A DNA stretch of 63,063 bases, filler included, from Choristocarpus tenellus KU-1152 (GCA_964200185.2; 9 parts of 9 records of this genome joined end to end with filler, not necessarily neighbours in it); one strand, 5' to 3'; shown: positions 25,850-38,924, counted from the whole stretch's first letter. Program-made: numbers and translations. Notes: generated by a model not told the origin, from the sequence alone.

Positions 25850-28654
25850 CTGATCCTTCATGTCTTCCACAAATCGCACCACTTCCTTGGGATCTTCAAC
25901 CACCTCCGCACTGCCCATGAGCATCACCTGCAGTCACATTGGTTCTAGTTTGTGAACTTGCAACTGGCAGAGAGAGACCAAGGTGCGACTGATTTCTTGG
26001 TTACAATATATTTCAAAGGTATGCATGTATCAATACTACAAAATGCACAGCAATTTTCTGTCACCAGCCGAGTGAATTGGAGCTGTTATAGGTTCAGGAA
26101 AGGTCAGAAAATGTAACAAATTGCTCTGTCGTTCTAGAGCGCTTCAGGGCTGTTCTCAGACCAGTCCAAGCACTGGACAATCAATCACCACTGACAGACA
26201 TTGCACTAAACAAGTAAGCCATGCACTTCCTGGTGTAGAAATCACCAAACTTGAATGGCATCCTGCACAACTGTGTCATCTCCTTTCTATTAGTATCAAC
26301 AGTTATTCTACTAAAAATGACTTGGGTCTCTTTTCTTGCCAGCAAGTTACCACCAGAGAGGGACAAATGACCAAAACAAGAAGAGTCCTAACCCTAACAC
26401 TAGCCCTATTCCAATGCTCATTCTCCAACCACAAAAATGCTCCTGATAGGTACATATGATAGGTAGCAGCCATTGCTCAACCAAAGATGCCCTTAACTGT
26501 TTGTCATGAGATCACCTCGTTGACATTTTCAATCCAATCAGAGAGAGACACTTCTTGTGCCATTTCAGGCTCCAGAATTTAATCATCGTAGTATGTAGGA
26601 AAAAAAATGCTATGCTGTGACTATCTTTCAACAATGACACAATATGTGATACTCAAAATTATCAGAGGGCTCAGTTCCTTTTCAAGTCCCAAGGTGTTGA
26701 TGAGGTTGGATGAAACCTATTTCAACTTGAAGAGAGTAGTAGTGCCATTCAAACACAAATACCCCATAATCAGTACGCGCAATCCATAGATCACCTACTC
26801 TTTTCAAAAATGGATGCGTGTATCCCTTGGGGAGGGAAGAGATGACAATCAGTGTTAAAGAAACCTGTTTTCCCCCAAGACTTCTGCATACAAAAGTGTT
26901 TATTTTCATGGGAGTATCAAGATAGGGAGTGACTCTCTCAGTAACAGAGGGGCATCTCCCATGCTAGTACTCACTACATGCCATCAGCCCCGAGTCCAAT
27001 TATCTGCTGATTGCTAATCACTATGTTCTTATTCCTCAACTTGTGCTCCAATAGAACCATTCATACCAAACTCTTCAACCAGCAGTTCTTTCTGCTATGC
27101 CAAACTCCACCATACTTGTCTGTCTCTACAAACTAATATCAGTCTCACACCACTTTCAAACAAGAGTTCAAGCATATTCTTGACAATCAACCATCCATGG
27201 GGCAGTAAAATTCCAGAGCAAATAAGAACCCGTGACCATACTGAAATATGGTCACGGGTTATAGTAGCATTAAAATGCAGTAATTAATATTTTGTAGTGC
27301 AGGGCTTACAGAACACACACAATTTTTGTGGTACGAGTCCAGAGGCAAGTAATACTGAGTCAAGGACACAACCAGTGCACTGCTGAGTAGCTTGCTCGCC
27401 ACTTCTCATTCCTCTGCACAGAGTTTTACACTTTCTGACAAGCCTTTGAAGGAAGCACATTTGCAATAATGTATACTGTAGACTCTTCAGCAGTCACACC
27501 AATCACCTGTTGACCAGCTTTGATTGGACACGCAGACAAGTCCGCACCATCCTTCAAGACTCCTTTCCACGCACCTTTCGCCATCAGCTTTTGGCGGGCA
27601 GGGGGAACACCCTGGAATGTGTACAGGGGAAGGGTCGTTTCTTGAAATCTGGACTTACCTCCAACGAACTATAAAACGCACCCACCCACATAAGCATACT
27701 GTTCGAGGAATACTGTGGCAACAGGAGCATAGGGACTGGATATGTCTGCTTCTTGACAAGGGGTGCAATGCTGTACCTGCAATTCATCTTACGATTTGCT
27801 GTAGCAAAGGTTTGCTCGTCAAATTATTACCTATATTCCTTTCTCCACCTCTACATGTTTCAAACCGTAAGCAAGCAGCAATCTAGTGTATCCCTATCTA
27901 GAGTCGCTTAGGTACGTAAGATAATGTAACTGGCATCATCATAGCGTACAAAAACATGGGTGTGAGCTGATTAGATGTTCACCCAAAGACCAGTCACAAG
28001 ATGTGCCACAACTAAACCTAACTTGCGGTCCTCGTAAGTTATCATCTAGCTTGATTCGAAAAGCAAGCATCAACCCAAGGTGAAAGCACAAAAACTGTGG
28101 GCATTACGACATAAGAAGAGCTCCCGTCCCATCTCACGTCCTTTCTTACGAGGCAACAAGATACTCAAGGAAAGATGGGGGGGGGGGGGGGGGGGGGGGG
28201 GGAGGGAAGAGGGAGACAAAAGCCTTTTTTTGTCGAGGGAGCAATTTTTTTTGTAAAAAGAAAAAAATTTAAATCGNNNNNNNNNNGGGGGGGGGGGGGG
28301 GGGGGGGGGGGGGGGAGGCATCGAGCAATGGACGCAAAAGCCCTTCTTCGTTCAAGAGCGCAATTTTCTCTGTCAATGAAAATAATATTGAATCTCAGGC
28401 TGATCAAACAAGTCAGATACACGTTAAATTCCTTACGGCCATAGACGTTTCCGTTCAGTGTGTGACAAAGGTGCAAGGATCAATCCCCAAAAAAACTGGG
28501 CAAGAAACTGATGGAAGGAGTTCCTCAACACTACGTTGAGTGCATCAAGACTCACAGTCAGCTCATGGAGCTTGCGCTTGAAAGCCTCCACCGTTGGGGC
28601 CACATCCACCTCCTGAAACACCTGCTTGTTCCACTTAACCGTAACCTTCACCAT
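25850..28654 (-). CDS. USP14: Ubiquitin carboxyl-terminal hydrolase 14/UBP6, N-terminal ubiquitin-like domain only (exons 28654-28556, 27611-27507, 25927-25850); 3' part missing
   Basis: Spliced translation MVKVTVKWNKQVFQEVDVAPTVEAFKRKLHELT-GVPPARQKLMAKGAWKGVLKD...-VMLMGSAEVVEDPKEVVRFVEDMKDQ matches the USP14/Ubp6 UBL domain and linker (VKW..TGVPPxRQK, MGSA, FVEDM). All junctions are phase 0 GT-AG. No catalytic-domain exons were found before the spacer at 24213. Confidence 0.88.
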
Positions 28655-29323
28655 CGTCCTAGCCTTGAGGATTATAAGCCTTTCAAGTTCACTGAGGGAT
28701 CCTAGTGGCCCTCCCTACAATTAATCTCAGCAAACACAAACTTTGGTATCCTATTCTCTCAGACACGTCCGTTCTCTCTCGCCCCTACTCTCATAGTCAA
28801 TCTGAAACCTTTCTGAGCCTTGAACACAGTATAGGACAAGTAAAATATTTTTGTTTTAGATCATTGTAGTGATGGAAACGGTATTAAAGAGGGCAGATTG
28901 CTTGTACCGTCACACTCTTTTTTCTGTAGAGTTCCATTTTCATGTTTAACTTCAATATATCTCATTGTTCTGGAATTTAAATTAGGTTTTCCTACAACAC
29001 ATCAACCTACAACCCTCCACCCTATCTATATATGTGTACCTAATAACAGTATCCGATCTCTAGAATTCGAGAAGGGGAAAGGATCACTCATCCACCATTG
29101 ACTCACAAAACCTCTACGCCTAGCATTCCTCAACATTGATGCGAACACTCTTGTCAAGGTATATATTCGTTGCACGTTCAAAAGACGATCCAGATATATA
29201 CTTTGGACCCATAATCTATCATCCCAGGTGATTTCTACCAGTAACCATCAGTCTCTCAGTCACCAAGCTTTCTCTGCAAAGAAGGATCACTCAATTAGGA
29301 TACTGTCAGCTAGGTAACCAAGG
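28655..29323. promoter_or_regulatory. Putative bidirectional promoter between USP14 and ZFAND2
   Basis: 669 bp between two divergent start codons, with no recognisable transposon sequence. Confidence 0.55.
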
Positions 29324-30647
29324 ATGGAGTTTCACGATCTGGGTCGGCACTGCTCTCAGGATGACTGTGGCCGACAAGGTATGCCAAATCCAGCGCAAAG
29401 GTTCTGTCCCAGATAACACATAATTGGTCGTCTTTAGTCACTTTCTAACCGTCGAACACTATCCCAAACATGTTCTTGTCAGATTTTCTTCCCTTCGTGT
29501 GTAATGCCTGTGACGGTACTTTCTGCTTGGAGCATCGAAGTCATGCGGCGCACTCTTGCACGATGGTGGGAAGAATGGATGTGAGTTTCTTGAATGAACT
29601 CCCTCGATAGCAAAGGATATGACGCTGATTAGGTTATTCTTGTCGTTCCCCTTGGTTCATTGATAAGTGACCTTGAACAAGTTTATGATATGTTTGCCCC
29701 TCGTTTCTCATTCTATCCCAATTCAACTCTATAGTCAACAACCAAATCCGCATCATCCCCATCCGTCACGAATTCCCCTTTCAGAAACGAGTCCCTGTTT
29801 GCCCCATCTGCACCAAGCCAGTCAACATCGCACCGGGCGTAGACGTAAACACAGCTGTAGATTGGCATATTGCTAGCGGGTGTACCAAAGGTGTGCGGCA
29901 GCGCCGGTCGAATAAGCTGCGATGTTCTGCACGAGGATGCCGAGGCTCAGAATTCGTGAAGGTAGGCAATGATGACCGTGCACAACCTTTGTGGCAATGT
30001 TTATCAAGTGGATGAAGTGTGTAGTGCTTATGGAGAGTAGATTGGAAAGTTTATCCTCGATTTCAACCTAGTACAACCTGTGCTGTGAAGGTTACTGTAT
30101 GTCAGGAGGTTCGTATCCATTTTCTAATGTGCCAGTTGAGCCTTACAGAAAAGGCGTAAACCCTTTCATTTTCTGTCTTCATACTTCATACTTTAGGTTG
30201 GCGTATTAGCTTTCTTCCTTGTGGGATAACAGCTGCACACGCCCGTGACAAGTCTCTCTCGGTACGAAGAATATCACCAACTTCCTCCCTTACACCCTAA
30301 TACCAACATTGAACTCTTGCTTACCAGTACACCATTGGTCCATTTTGGTGTGTCCCTTCTCCTACACGATTGTCGCTACCCTATAGATCTCTTGCCCAAC
30401 GTGCTACCAGAATTTCTGCTTCAAGCACCGTCATGAACAAGATCACAATTGCCAAGGCTGGAAACCAACTAGTCCCAAAGAACGAAAGCAGGGCCCAAGA
30501 GCCGTAGCAATAGCCCAGCATGGCGGTGGAAATACATGCAGTAGAGAGGAAACAGTCTCCACAGCAGGAGGACAAAGTTCTAAAGGGAAGGGAAAGAAAG
30601 CGGGGCAGGGTACTGGTAGAGGCATTGTGATCTCTGTAGGGGGCTAA
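29324..30647 (+). CDS. ZFAND2: AN1-type zinc finger protein, ZFAND2/AIRAP-like, complete (exons 29324-29378, 29483-29580, 29785-29961, 30387-30647)
   Basis: MEFHDLGRHCSQDDCGRQDFLPFVCNACDGTFCLEHR...VPVCPIC...HIASGC...CSARGC...ISCPTCYQNFCFKHRHEQDHNC gives two AN1 fingers flanking a CPxC..H...C finger, as in ZFAND2A/B. Introns are canonical GT-AG and the stop is TAA at 30645-30647. Confidence 0.9.
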
Positions 30648-30853
30648 TCTATTCAGAAGGACATTATCATACCAGTAGTAGCAGTTGCTTTCTGGACACA
30701 TTAGACAAGGGGAGGTAGCAATATTGTGCATTGCCTGCACACGACAAGAAAAGGCACTACTGTGTATAGTATGTGTTGTTGATTGCCAGGATGGAAACTC
30801 GAGTGCAGTAAATCCCTCTCCTGAAACCATGCATCGGTAGGTTGAGCACATTG

Positions 30854-31115
30854 GAGCGAAAGTATCTTAGAGGGTACGAGTTTTTCCCTAATTGTCCATT
30901 TGGGGCTTTACTTCCCATGGCGTATTTTTATGACATTTTCCTACTCCAAAATGTTTCGGAGTAGGTAAAGTGTGTATACGTTATGCAAAGGTGTGACCGG
31001 AACAAGAATATTGACACTTCCCAACAAACACGATAGCCAAAATTACATCAAAATCGCAACATTGGATTTTGGCCCCCAACTGGACGAGGCCCTACCCTCT
31101 AAGATACTTTGGGTC
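30854..31115 (-). mobile_element. MITE family A with 4-bp TSD ATTG
   Basis: Full TIRs, flanked by attg on both sides. Confidence 0.88.
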
Positions 31116-31755
31116 ATTGCACTAATATATGCTGCTTCAGCAAATATTGCGTACACGTACACACACACATGACCTAGTGATGAGTGGTTGGAATGGTATC
31201 AGGGGCAACCCTCCATCCTTTCTTACGAGCATAAGCTCCTTCAATATATCTCCTCCAGAGCATGTGCTCAGCAGACAAGATGGGGCAAGGATAGATTCCA
31301 GAGTTAGATACAGTGGTTGGTATGATGAATAGTGTTGTGTGTAGTGCCTCTGACCACAGGTTGGGATTTTCCTCAGGCTAAAGTGAGTAGCATAATCATT
31401 ACCATAATTTGTAATATTTGTAAACCTACGACCCCAACCAGTCACCCAAACCACGATTTTCCAGAATGTGAACGTATGTTCATGAGCTATTGCGATAGAG
31501 CTTAGTCTTCACAGCAACATCTTTGTATTATAGTACATGGTCAGTGCGTTCCCCATTTACATAAACCTATGCAGTGGATGAGAAATTCGTGATGGTGGGA
31601 GCAGAGCTTCAGATAATGAGCCTGCCGGAGTGTCCATGTCATACGACCATATTGCAGAACTTCAGTTATTCACCTTTGAACATTCAAATGTTAAGCTCGA
31701 GTGACACAGCTGAGGTCCTGGCATAAAGCATTTCACTACATTTGCAAAAACAAGT

Positions 31756-32352
31756 TCAAAACCTTCTGAATCCTCCACCTGATATCAGCAGTGAAAGTGG
31801 CATCGTCACTGATGGTCCCCCCCCAGGGTAAAGTGGATCAACTGTCTGCTTATAGGCCTGACCCGGCACCTGGATCTGCATGATTTCAGAATCCTGAATA
31901 GGAGGTCGAAGAGACATAGTGTCCGTCTTTAGTGCCAATACAGTCAGACCAAACGATCTGACCTCCATAAACACATGCGAATACATACCCTCATACCATA
32001 ATAAAATTGGCAGATGACAGAGATCATCTTCGGAGGTATATCAAATTTGGTCACCATAACCCACAGTAGACCACGATCAACATAGTGGTATGCTTCCTGT
32101 AGATCCATAAAACACGTGATGAAGAGGGCTTGATGTTTTTCCTGACCAAGATCTTGGAGGGAACTTGCAGTGTACATGGTGTCCACTGTGGAACATCTGG
32201 GCTGGAAACCACATTGTTCCTCTACAAGGGTGCTCTCTTATCCCAGGGAATCCCCCCGCAGCGATTAAACAACTTTGGGGAGTACTTTGCCAGCATTTGC
32301 CACCAAAGAGATGTGTTACAGGCGCCCCTCACTGCTGACCTTCCAGGATGTA
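31756..32352 (-). mobile_element. RTE-clade non-LTR retrotransposon, degenerate RT fragment
   Basis: CFMDLQEAYHYVDRGLLW...PPKMISVICQFYYGMR corresponds to the RTE pattern FxDLxKAYDSVDRxxLW..IRQFHDGM. The end (32310-32350) recurs inverted at 38700-38735. Confidence 0.8.
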
Positions 32353-32558
32353 NNNNNNNNNNNNNNNNNNNNNNNNNNNNNNNNNNNNNNNNNNNNTTAA
32401 TTAATTAANNNNNNNNNNNNNNNNNNNNNNNNNNNNNNNNNNNNNNNNNNNNGGGAGGGAAAGGTGTGTACACTGGTGAAATGAGATGCAGCAAACATCA
32501 CTAGGGGGAAGGTAACATATCAATTGAGTGCAAATTTGCAAACAGGAACAAGAAAAAT

Positions 32559-32590
32559 GTATTATTATTATTATTATTATTATTATTACT
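32559..32590. repeat. (TTA)n microsatellite
   Basis: Directly visible. Confidence 0.9.
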
Positions 32591-33104
32591 ACTATAACTA
32601 CTGTTTCTTGCACAATCATGGCGTGTGGAAGGTGGCAGGAGGGGGGGGCAGGGTTTAACATGTGTGCTGAGTTCACCGTAGTTTCCATGAGAGGACACCA
32701 CCTCTTTGCCACTACATTGGGGCACGACTGCTCACTACATATTGAGACTGTGATTCCATGCAGTGAAACATGTAGGACAACGCCTTGGACGTGGGTACAA
32801 ACCCTGCTGATATATATCCGTATCTATTTGATATATTATTCTCAGTGAAGGCGTAACTGCTATTTATGCAGGGTCCAGTCACAAAGGAGTTCTTTTGACT
32901 GTGGGACTGCTGCAAGGGCTTCAAACTTGACGTTGACATCTTGTGAAACTCTCCCATGTTCGTTGATGTTGATATCTCTCTTTCCATTAATGTTGGCGAG
33001 GACACGTTACCATTGATTGGACACAGCAAACATGACGGTCAAATATTGACCCGGTGAAATCAAGGCTTGCTATTCCAAAGAATTGTGTGAGCATATAACT
33101 GTGA

Positions 33105-33360
33105 TCACCACCACTTGATAAAAAAGGTCACTAATTGATAATCACTATCACTACTTGATAAACATTACCACTACTTGACAATCACCATCGTTGCTTGATA
33201 ATGACTATCACTACTTGATAAACATTACCACTACTTGATAAAAACTATCACTACTTGGTACGCATCACCACTATCTGATAAGCAAGATACTAGTCGATAA
33301 GCATTTGTACCACAAGATAAACACCACCATTGCATTGCAAATACTATCAGCACTTGGTCA
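33105..33360. repeat. Degenerate tandem array of about 19-20 bp (ACTATCACTACTTGATAA-like)
   Basis: Recurrent CACTACTTGATA units. Confidence 0.75.
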
Positions 33361-34039
33361 TAAACAACATCAATACTCGATCGAGAATGTTGTAGACATT
33401 TCGTAGTTATGGATATTTTCTGGATGTTGTCATGGGGGACGAAGAAGCAACATGTAAGAGCACACAGCAACCACAGCATCAGATTTTGGATCACTTACAA
33501 CAGAGGCACACCTGGTGGTTGGTGAAATATAGTTGAGATATAGTTGAAAACAAAAATAGAGGTGTTCCCATACAGCAGAATACCTATCGCCATCAATACT
33601 TAGAGAAACACTATCAAAATTTGCTTCATGACACCTTCACAGTGCTAGTATTGAAGTGTAACTGAAACGAAATTATTCCTATAAGATCTACTTGTACGCT
33701 ACAACTTGTCCTCTCTTGAATGCTCTTCCTCTCCATTGACAACATCTTTGAAATACCAGTGGGCATACAACAACATGAAGTACCAATACTTCATTGACAA
33801 CATAAACAGTATCAATACTTTATTCCTAACATCACCCATACAATAATTAGTTTCAAATACCATGACAAAGTTATAAAAAAAAACGCCAGCCAAAAGGCCT
33901 TGATTGGTCCATGAGTGCCACAGAGGACATAACAATGAAAACAGCACCTGATTGTTCCCACAATAACGGAGGAACTACTTGAAGATTCTGCTTTGTCAAG
34001 GACAGGTGCCCACAAGTGGCTTGGGATTTACTTGAACAA

Positions 34040-34225
34040 ATTACTTCATACTGCTTGGTACACCATAGTACTTGATGCTTCACAGTGTTTGATACTTGGG
34101 AGTATTCGGTACTTCTAAGTACTTGGTATTTCATACCTAACACTTGGAGTAGTTCACAGTACTTGGTCCTTTGAAGCACTCGGCACTGCAAAAATTCGGT
34201 ACTTCACAGCACTTGATGCTGCAAG
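34040..34225. repeat. Degenerate short tandem array (CACAGTACTTG-like)
   Basis: Recurrent AGTACTTG/GCACTTG units at roughly 15-25 bp spacing. Confidence 0.55.
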
Positions 34226-34349
34226 TGTTCATCTTCTAGACAATCCCAACCCCATCACAGCTGCTCCATACACAGGACCAATTAATACACTTCGAGGCTT
34301 AAAGAGTTGCATGTGTCCTATTACCTCCTCCCCCCAGAATCACACCCAC

Positions 34350-35752
34350 CTTTGGTCCACATATGCCAACACCTTGGAGTACATGGCATTGGTGAAGGTG
34401 TCTCTTAGCAGAGAAAACCATCCCAGGGTCCTTAAGGCACACCAAGTCTCCTGCATCTCTTCAATATTAACATCATCAAAATCATCAATATCTGAAAGTC
34501 CATCATCCTCCCCCTCATCCTCTCCCTCGCTGTCCACTGTGTTGTCCCCATCGACAGTAACGTCCGCATCAGCCTTCAAAGATCAGAACCCCAGTGGGAG
34601 AAAAAGGTGGAAAGGAACATTAGAATGGGGAATGCAGGGCAACCTTTGTACTGCCTACCTGCCGATAGGGTTCAGTGCAATACAAGATCAGCTTCCTACC
34701 CTGTAGGAACGACATGGGAGCATAGCGTTGTTTACATAGCACGCGCGACGACCCCGAACATAGCGTCCACGTCGTCCACCAAAGGGAAGCACAACAATAT
34801 CCCTATGGAGTTGTATCACTCAACAAATACTTCTAAATATTAGGAGACAGATACGATATTGCTTGCGCTAACTGTGTTCCGCACAATTCCTTGGGGACAA
34901 AACGTGACTATCGTGTGCTACTGTACGCGATGATAAAGAATCTATTGTTGCCTCTATTGTCACCTGGACTCCTTTCCCCGCATCCGTCATCTCCAGATCT
35001 GCTCTAGCAAAGGCGTCATCACTTGGACACCCTCGCGAGGCCATACTCAACTGCTTTCGTCGCTCCAACCACTGCCGATGCCAGTAGGAGATGTTCCGAT
35101 CAAAGAAAGCACGCATGCACTCTTTGAAAAACCTAGGCGCGCATGCCATCACCTGCGCTGTGAGGGAAGAGCGGTAACGATCCTCAATGCTATTTGTTGC
35201 TATCATTGACGAGTTCAAGCCTTCAGCCTCAAACTCCTTCCCAGTCACTTCAACCCCTGCTCTGGTCGCCAGTAGAATGGCGCGATCTAGTACGCGGACT
35301 ATAGACAGATGCTCCTCCACCCTTCGCATTAGAAGCCTCATGGCCTTCGTCACTCTAACATATTGTAACCGCTGCCATTTTCCATGCTTACCACCTCCCT
35401 CTGTATTCTCTCTATCTCCCTGCGATCTCCTCTCATCAGATCCTTGAAAGGACCGCCAGAAAGAAGGAACTATATCCGCTTGCACCACCCTATTTAAATC
35501 TTGGAGGATATGGCAACGTAGGACATCCACCAGTCCAGTTCCTTGTAGAACTACTAGTTGGTTCACCAACCGTGTGACGAAACTATCTTTCTGTTGTTGA
35601 ATCCCAATATCGCATAGGTCAGTCGGGAATCCGTCTAGTTCCTTCAACAGTGCTGCCCATGCTGTGTCGACCACATCTGGGGGATGCACTTGGGTATGTC
35701 CAGGAAGCAGGTCAAGTTGTGAAGGGGTAGGGGTGTTTCCCAAGCATGCCAT
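34350..35752 (-). CDS. ANAPC2: Anaphase-promoting complex subunit 2, N-terminal part (exons 35752-34964, 34573-34350); cullin-homology part missing
   Basis: A 263-codon first exon (..VQADIVPSFW.., ..FFKECMRAFF..) splices in phase 0 to an exon with an acidic loop and LRTLGWFSLLRDTFTNAMYSKVLAYVDQR. This resembles the APC2 N-terminal helical region. The call rests on recognised motifs only, and no further exon was found before the spacer at 32452. Confidence 0.65.
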
Positions 35753-35951
35753 GTTGTTGCATTGATGCCAACGATCAACGATGGATCAGACTTGTGTCAC
35801 AAAAAAAAAGAGACGATTCCACATGATTCGTCAAAGTGCGGAAAAGTGAGTACAACAATAAAAACCTCTACTACCAAAGAACCGAAGTGTTCCAAAGTAA
35901 AAAGTCTACTTTGTTCTCTGTAAGTTGCGTGAAGGTATAGCGTGGCACGAA
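35753..35951. promoter_or_regulatory. Very short putative bidirectional promoter between ANAPC2 and the GORAB-like gene
   Basis: Only 199 bp separate the divergent ATGs, in CpG-retaining sequence. Confidence 0.55.
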
Positions 35952-38067
35952 ATGGATACAACTCTAGCGGATGAGGTGAACCGCCTCAGTCGAGGAGAAC
36001 CACCTGCCGACGGATTTGCCACCATAGAAAGAAGTCCTCCAATGGAAATAAATCGGAGACGCTTTAATGGAACCCCTCTGTCTGATGGTGATGGTGGGCT
36101 AGCAGAAGACCCAATGAGACCCCAATACGAGTCATCTGCACTGGGCAGAAAACAAAGGAGTGCAGGGGGTTTGGATGCCCTGGCGACAAATGTTGATGCT
36201 GTACAGGCGTCCATGTCGTCATCAGGTCCGTTGGTGTGTGCAGTGTTGTGTGCAGTGTTGTGTGTTGTCCACAATTACTCTCACCATTCAAGACATTCGG
36301 TGCAATGATCATGGACCTGATAGTTGAGCTGCCACGGGGACTCGACATTTACGCACTTTTTTAGTGGCTTCTTTAGTGGTGTTGCGGTAATCAGGTTTCA
36401 TACCTATTTTGCGTTTTTTTGTTGTACGAAGCGCCATCAAGTGCCCGTCGTTGTCTAGGGCGATGGACTCCCCTAGAATTTATCTTAGTAATGTAGTTTT
36501 GAGTTTACCCCTAATGTATTGCGATCTACTCCTCCATCTTGTCATCTCGTTCCATCTCTCCTGTCCCGACCCTCAGGACACGCAATAAGCGACCTACCAC
36601 CACCATCTGACTATTCCAGACGGGGTGAAAGGTCTCGTCAGGTCGCGACTGAGAACGGTCGGGGTGTTCGGTCAAATGGAGGGTCAGGAATGGGGGTGCT
36701 GGCTGGCCGACGAGTGCCACCAGGAGCAGAAGCAGTGGACGACGGCAATGCGGAGAAAACGGAGGAAGCTTTGAGGAAGAAGGAGAGGGCTGTCCGGATG
36801 GCGCTTAAGGACAAGCAGAAGCGCTTGTATGCGGTCCGTAAGCCTGAAACGATTAATTAATTCCCCAACCCTCTCATTTATTAGTTCGGATTGAAAGTTT
36901 CAATGGGCGTAATGTTAGATTTCCTGCTCTCAGTCTCGGCCCCGTTCTGTTCCCTGCGATTGCCTGCAGGAAGCGAAGCGACTGGCTATCGTGGATAAGG
37001 AGCTGGCGGAGCTCGCCCAAGAGGACCAGGCTGAGATCAATTTGCTTCGACAGAGGTACAACTCTCCCCACCCAAGGACATACCCAAATACAAGGAGTGG
37101 AGAGGGGGGAGTTGCTTCTCAACTCTTTCTGACCTGAGCAAGAGTCTCCATTGAATTGCAATTCTGTGGTTCACTTCCAGCACCCAACTGTTGCCCCTGG
37201 AAGCATGGTTAGCCTCATCCTTTATATCATTTTGGATTGTGCATGTTCTCACTGAAAGTGATTGACCCATTGAGAGGGCAAGGTCATGGTTATCAAGCTC
37301 TTGTTTTGCCACACAATTCTCACATGGCCTTTTCTCCCCCAAGTACAACAGTGAAGACCCTCTACGTAAGTACAACACAAGCTGGGGACAGTACCAAGTG
37401 ATGCCTAAGGCAAAATGAAAAGACCCAGGACATTGTAACCAATAGTCATTGTTTGTGATCAATGCTACCGTTTCCCTTCGGTGCTGGACATGCGTGGTCC
37501 GTAATGTTTGTGTTATCCATGACACTGTGAGGACTTCTATGTATGGTCTGTAACATCCATTGTCCATGTAATGCCTGGGTTCAATTGTGCTCTGCAACTC
37601 CTGTAGTCCAGAAAATACTTAAAAAAATATATGACCCGTTACTACATACATTAGTTTTGGTCCTTCCTCAAAAAATGTGGTGAAAATGTTGTAGAGTGCG
37701 TAGCCAGATAAAGGGGATCATGGAAGAAGAGGGGCAGAAGAGAGAGGAAATGGTGAAAAACAAACAAACGCATGTCTGCAACGCTTCCTCGTATCGTTCA
37801 TTATCTCCAGCAAATGCTTTGTTGTGTGTAAAACTAGTATGTGTTATGTGAGTATTTCGTTGGCCGGGGGATTGAAGTTAACATGTCTACATAAAAATGG
37901 AGAGTTGTGAAAAGATTATCAATAAGTAGTGAGTAGAGATAGCCAGGCAAGCCTAAAATTAACATGGAACTCCATTTTGTGATAGGTTGGAGGTGGTGGA
38001 CAGGGAGCTGACGCAGCTGGATCGAGACGCTCAGCGAAAACTGGCTGCTTTTGAGAAGGCACGCTTG
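35952..38067 (+). CDS. GORAB: RAB6-interacting golgin (GORAB/SCYL1BP1)-like coiled-coil protein, 5' part (exons 35952-36225, 36577-36833, 36970-37055, 37986-38067)
   Basis: Phase-compatible GT-AG exons. EAKRLAIVDKELAELAQEDQAEINLLRQRLEVVDRELTQLDRD resembles the GORAB coiled-coil core (E..KL..I..EL..LD....DI..LR.RID). The last exon or exons were not seen before the spacer at 38600. Confidence 0.7.
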
Positions 38068-38924
38068 GTGAGTGTGGGTGGCTTAGGGCTTGACTTAGGC
38101 TGAGTTGTTGCCAGTATCTGGCTTTGCTGGCATGTGTTACATCTCCTCGTCTTGTACACATGGATACTAAGGTTGAGGACTTGAGGACAAGCAACAGCCG
38201 CTGACTGGTGAGGAGTCTTTTTTACAACACCGTCTGTTGTTGTGGTATTGTGATTGTGATAAAGCTCTAGTGCCATTATAGCTCTTGCTTATCTAGTCTT
38301 CGTGGCACAGTAGAGCTACTGGGACAAGTGCCATAGTGTCTCCACAAGGTCTTTTTTTTATCTTAAGAGGATGGTGTCCTGTAGTGTTTCACTAATATAG
38401 TTCCAAACATTTGTAGTACCAAACAAGTGTAGTTCAATTTCCCCATAATAGTACTTGAAAGCACTCTCCCAACACGTAAAGGTCATGTGGAATGTTGCAC
38501 TGGTGCTCAGTGCCACAGGTGTCTAGCCACCCCCCCCCCCCTTCCATGTGGTGTAATCCAGTCCTCAATTTACCTGGATTCCACCTTGTCCTGCTGTCCN
38601 NNNNNNNNNNNNNNNNNNNNNNNNNNNNNNNNNNNNNNNNNNNTTAATTAATTAANNNNNNNNNNNNNNNNNNNNNNNNNNNNNNNNNNNNNNNNNNNNC
38701 TGGGAAGGTGAGCACTGAGGGGCGCCTGTAACACTCCCCCTATCCATGACCCATGGGGAAAGGGGTTGTTAGTTCCCAGGCATAAAGAAAAAAGAATAGT
38801 ATGATTGATTTAGATTAGTAAGTACTCACATGTCAGAAAAATCCCTAAAAGAGTAATAGTTGTCGTAAAATGTGAAAGACAATCTACTTACTATTTTACT
38901 ACCAGCTATCCTGCACCACTACCC

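Noticed and set aside
28070-28476. Poly-Pro and poly-Gly ORFs
   Set aside because: These are translations of poly-G tracts around a 10-N gap in USP14 intron 1, in low-quality sequence.
32712-33750. Candidate third exon of APC2
   Set aside because: The phase-compatible candidate near 33745 reads RCCQWRG...YK* and the ORF at 32712-33029 has no APC2-like character.
25850-35752. Three-gene ubiquitin-proteasome cluster (USP14 + ZFAND2 + APC2)
   Set aside because: APC2 lies across the artificial spacer at 32353-32452, so its linkage is unsupported. Only the USP14-ZFAND2 pair is on one segment.
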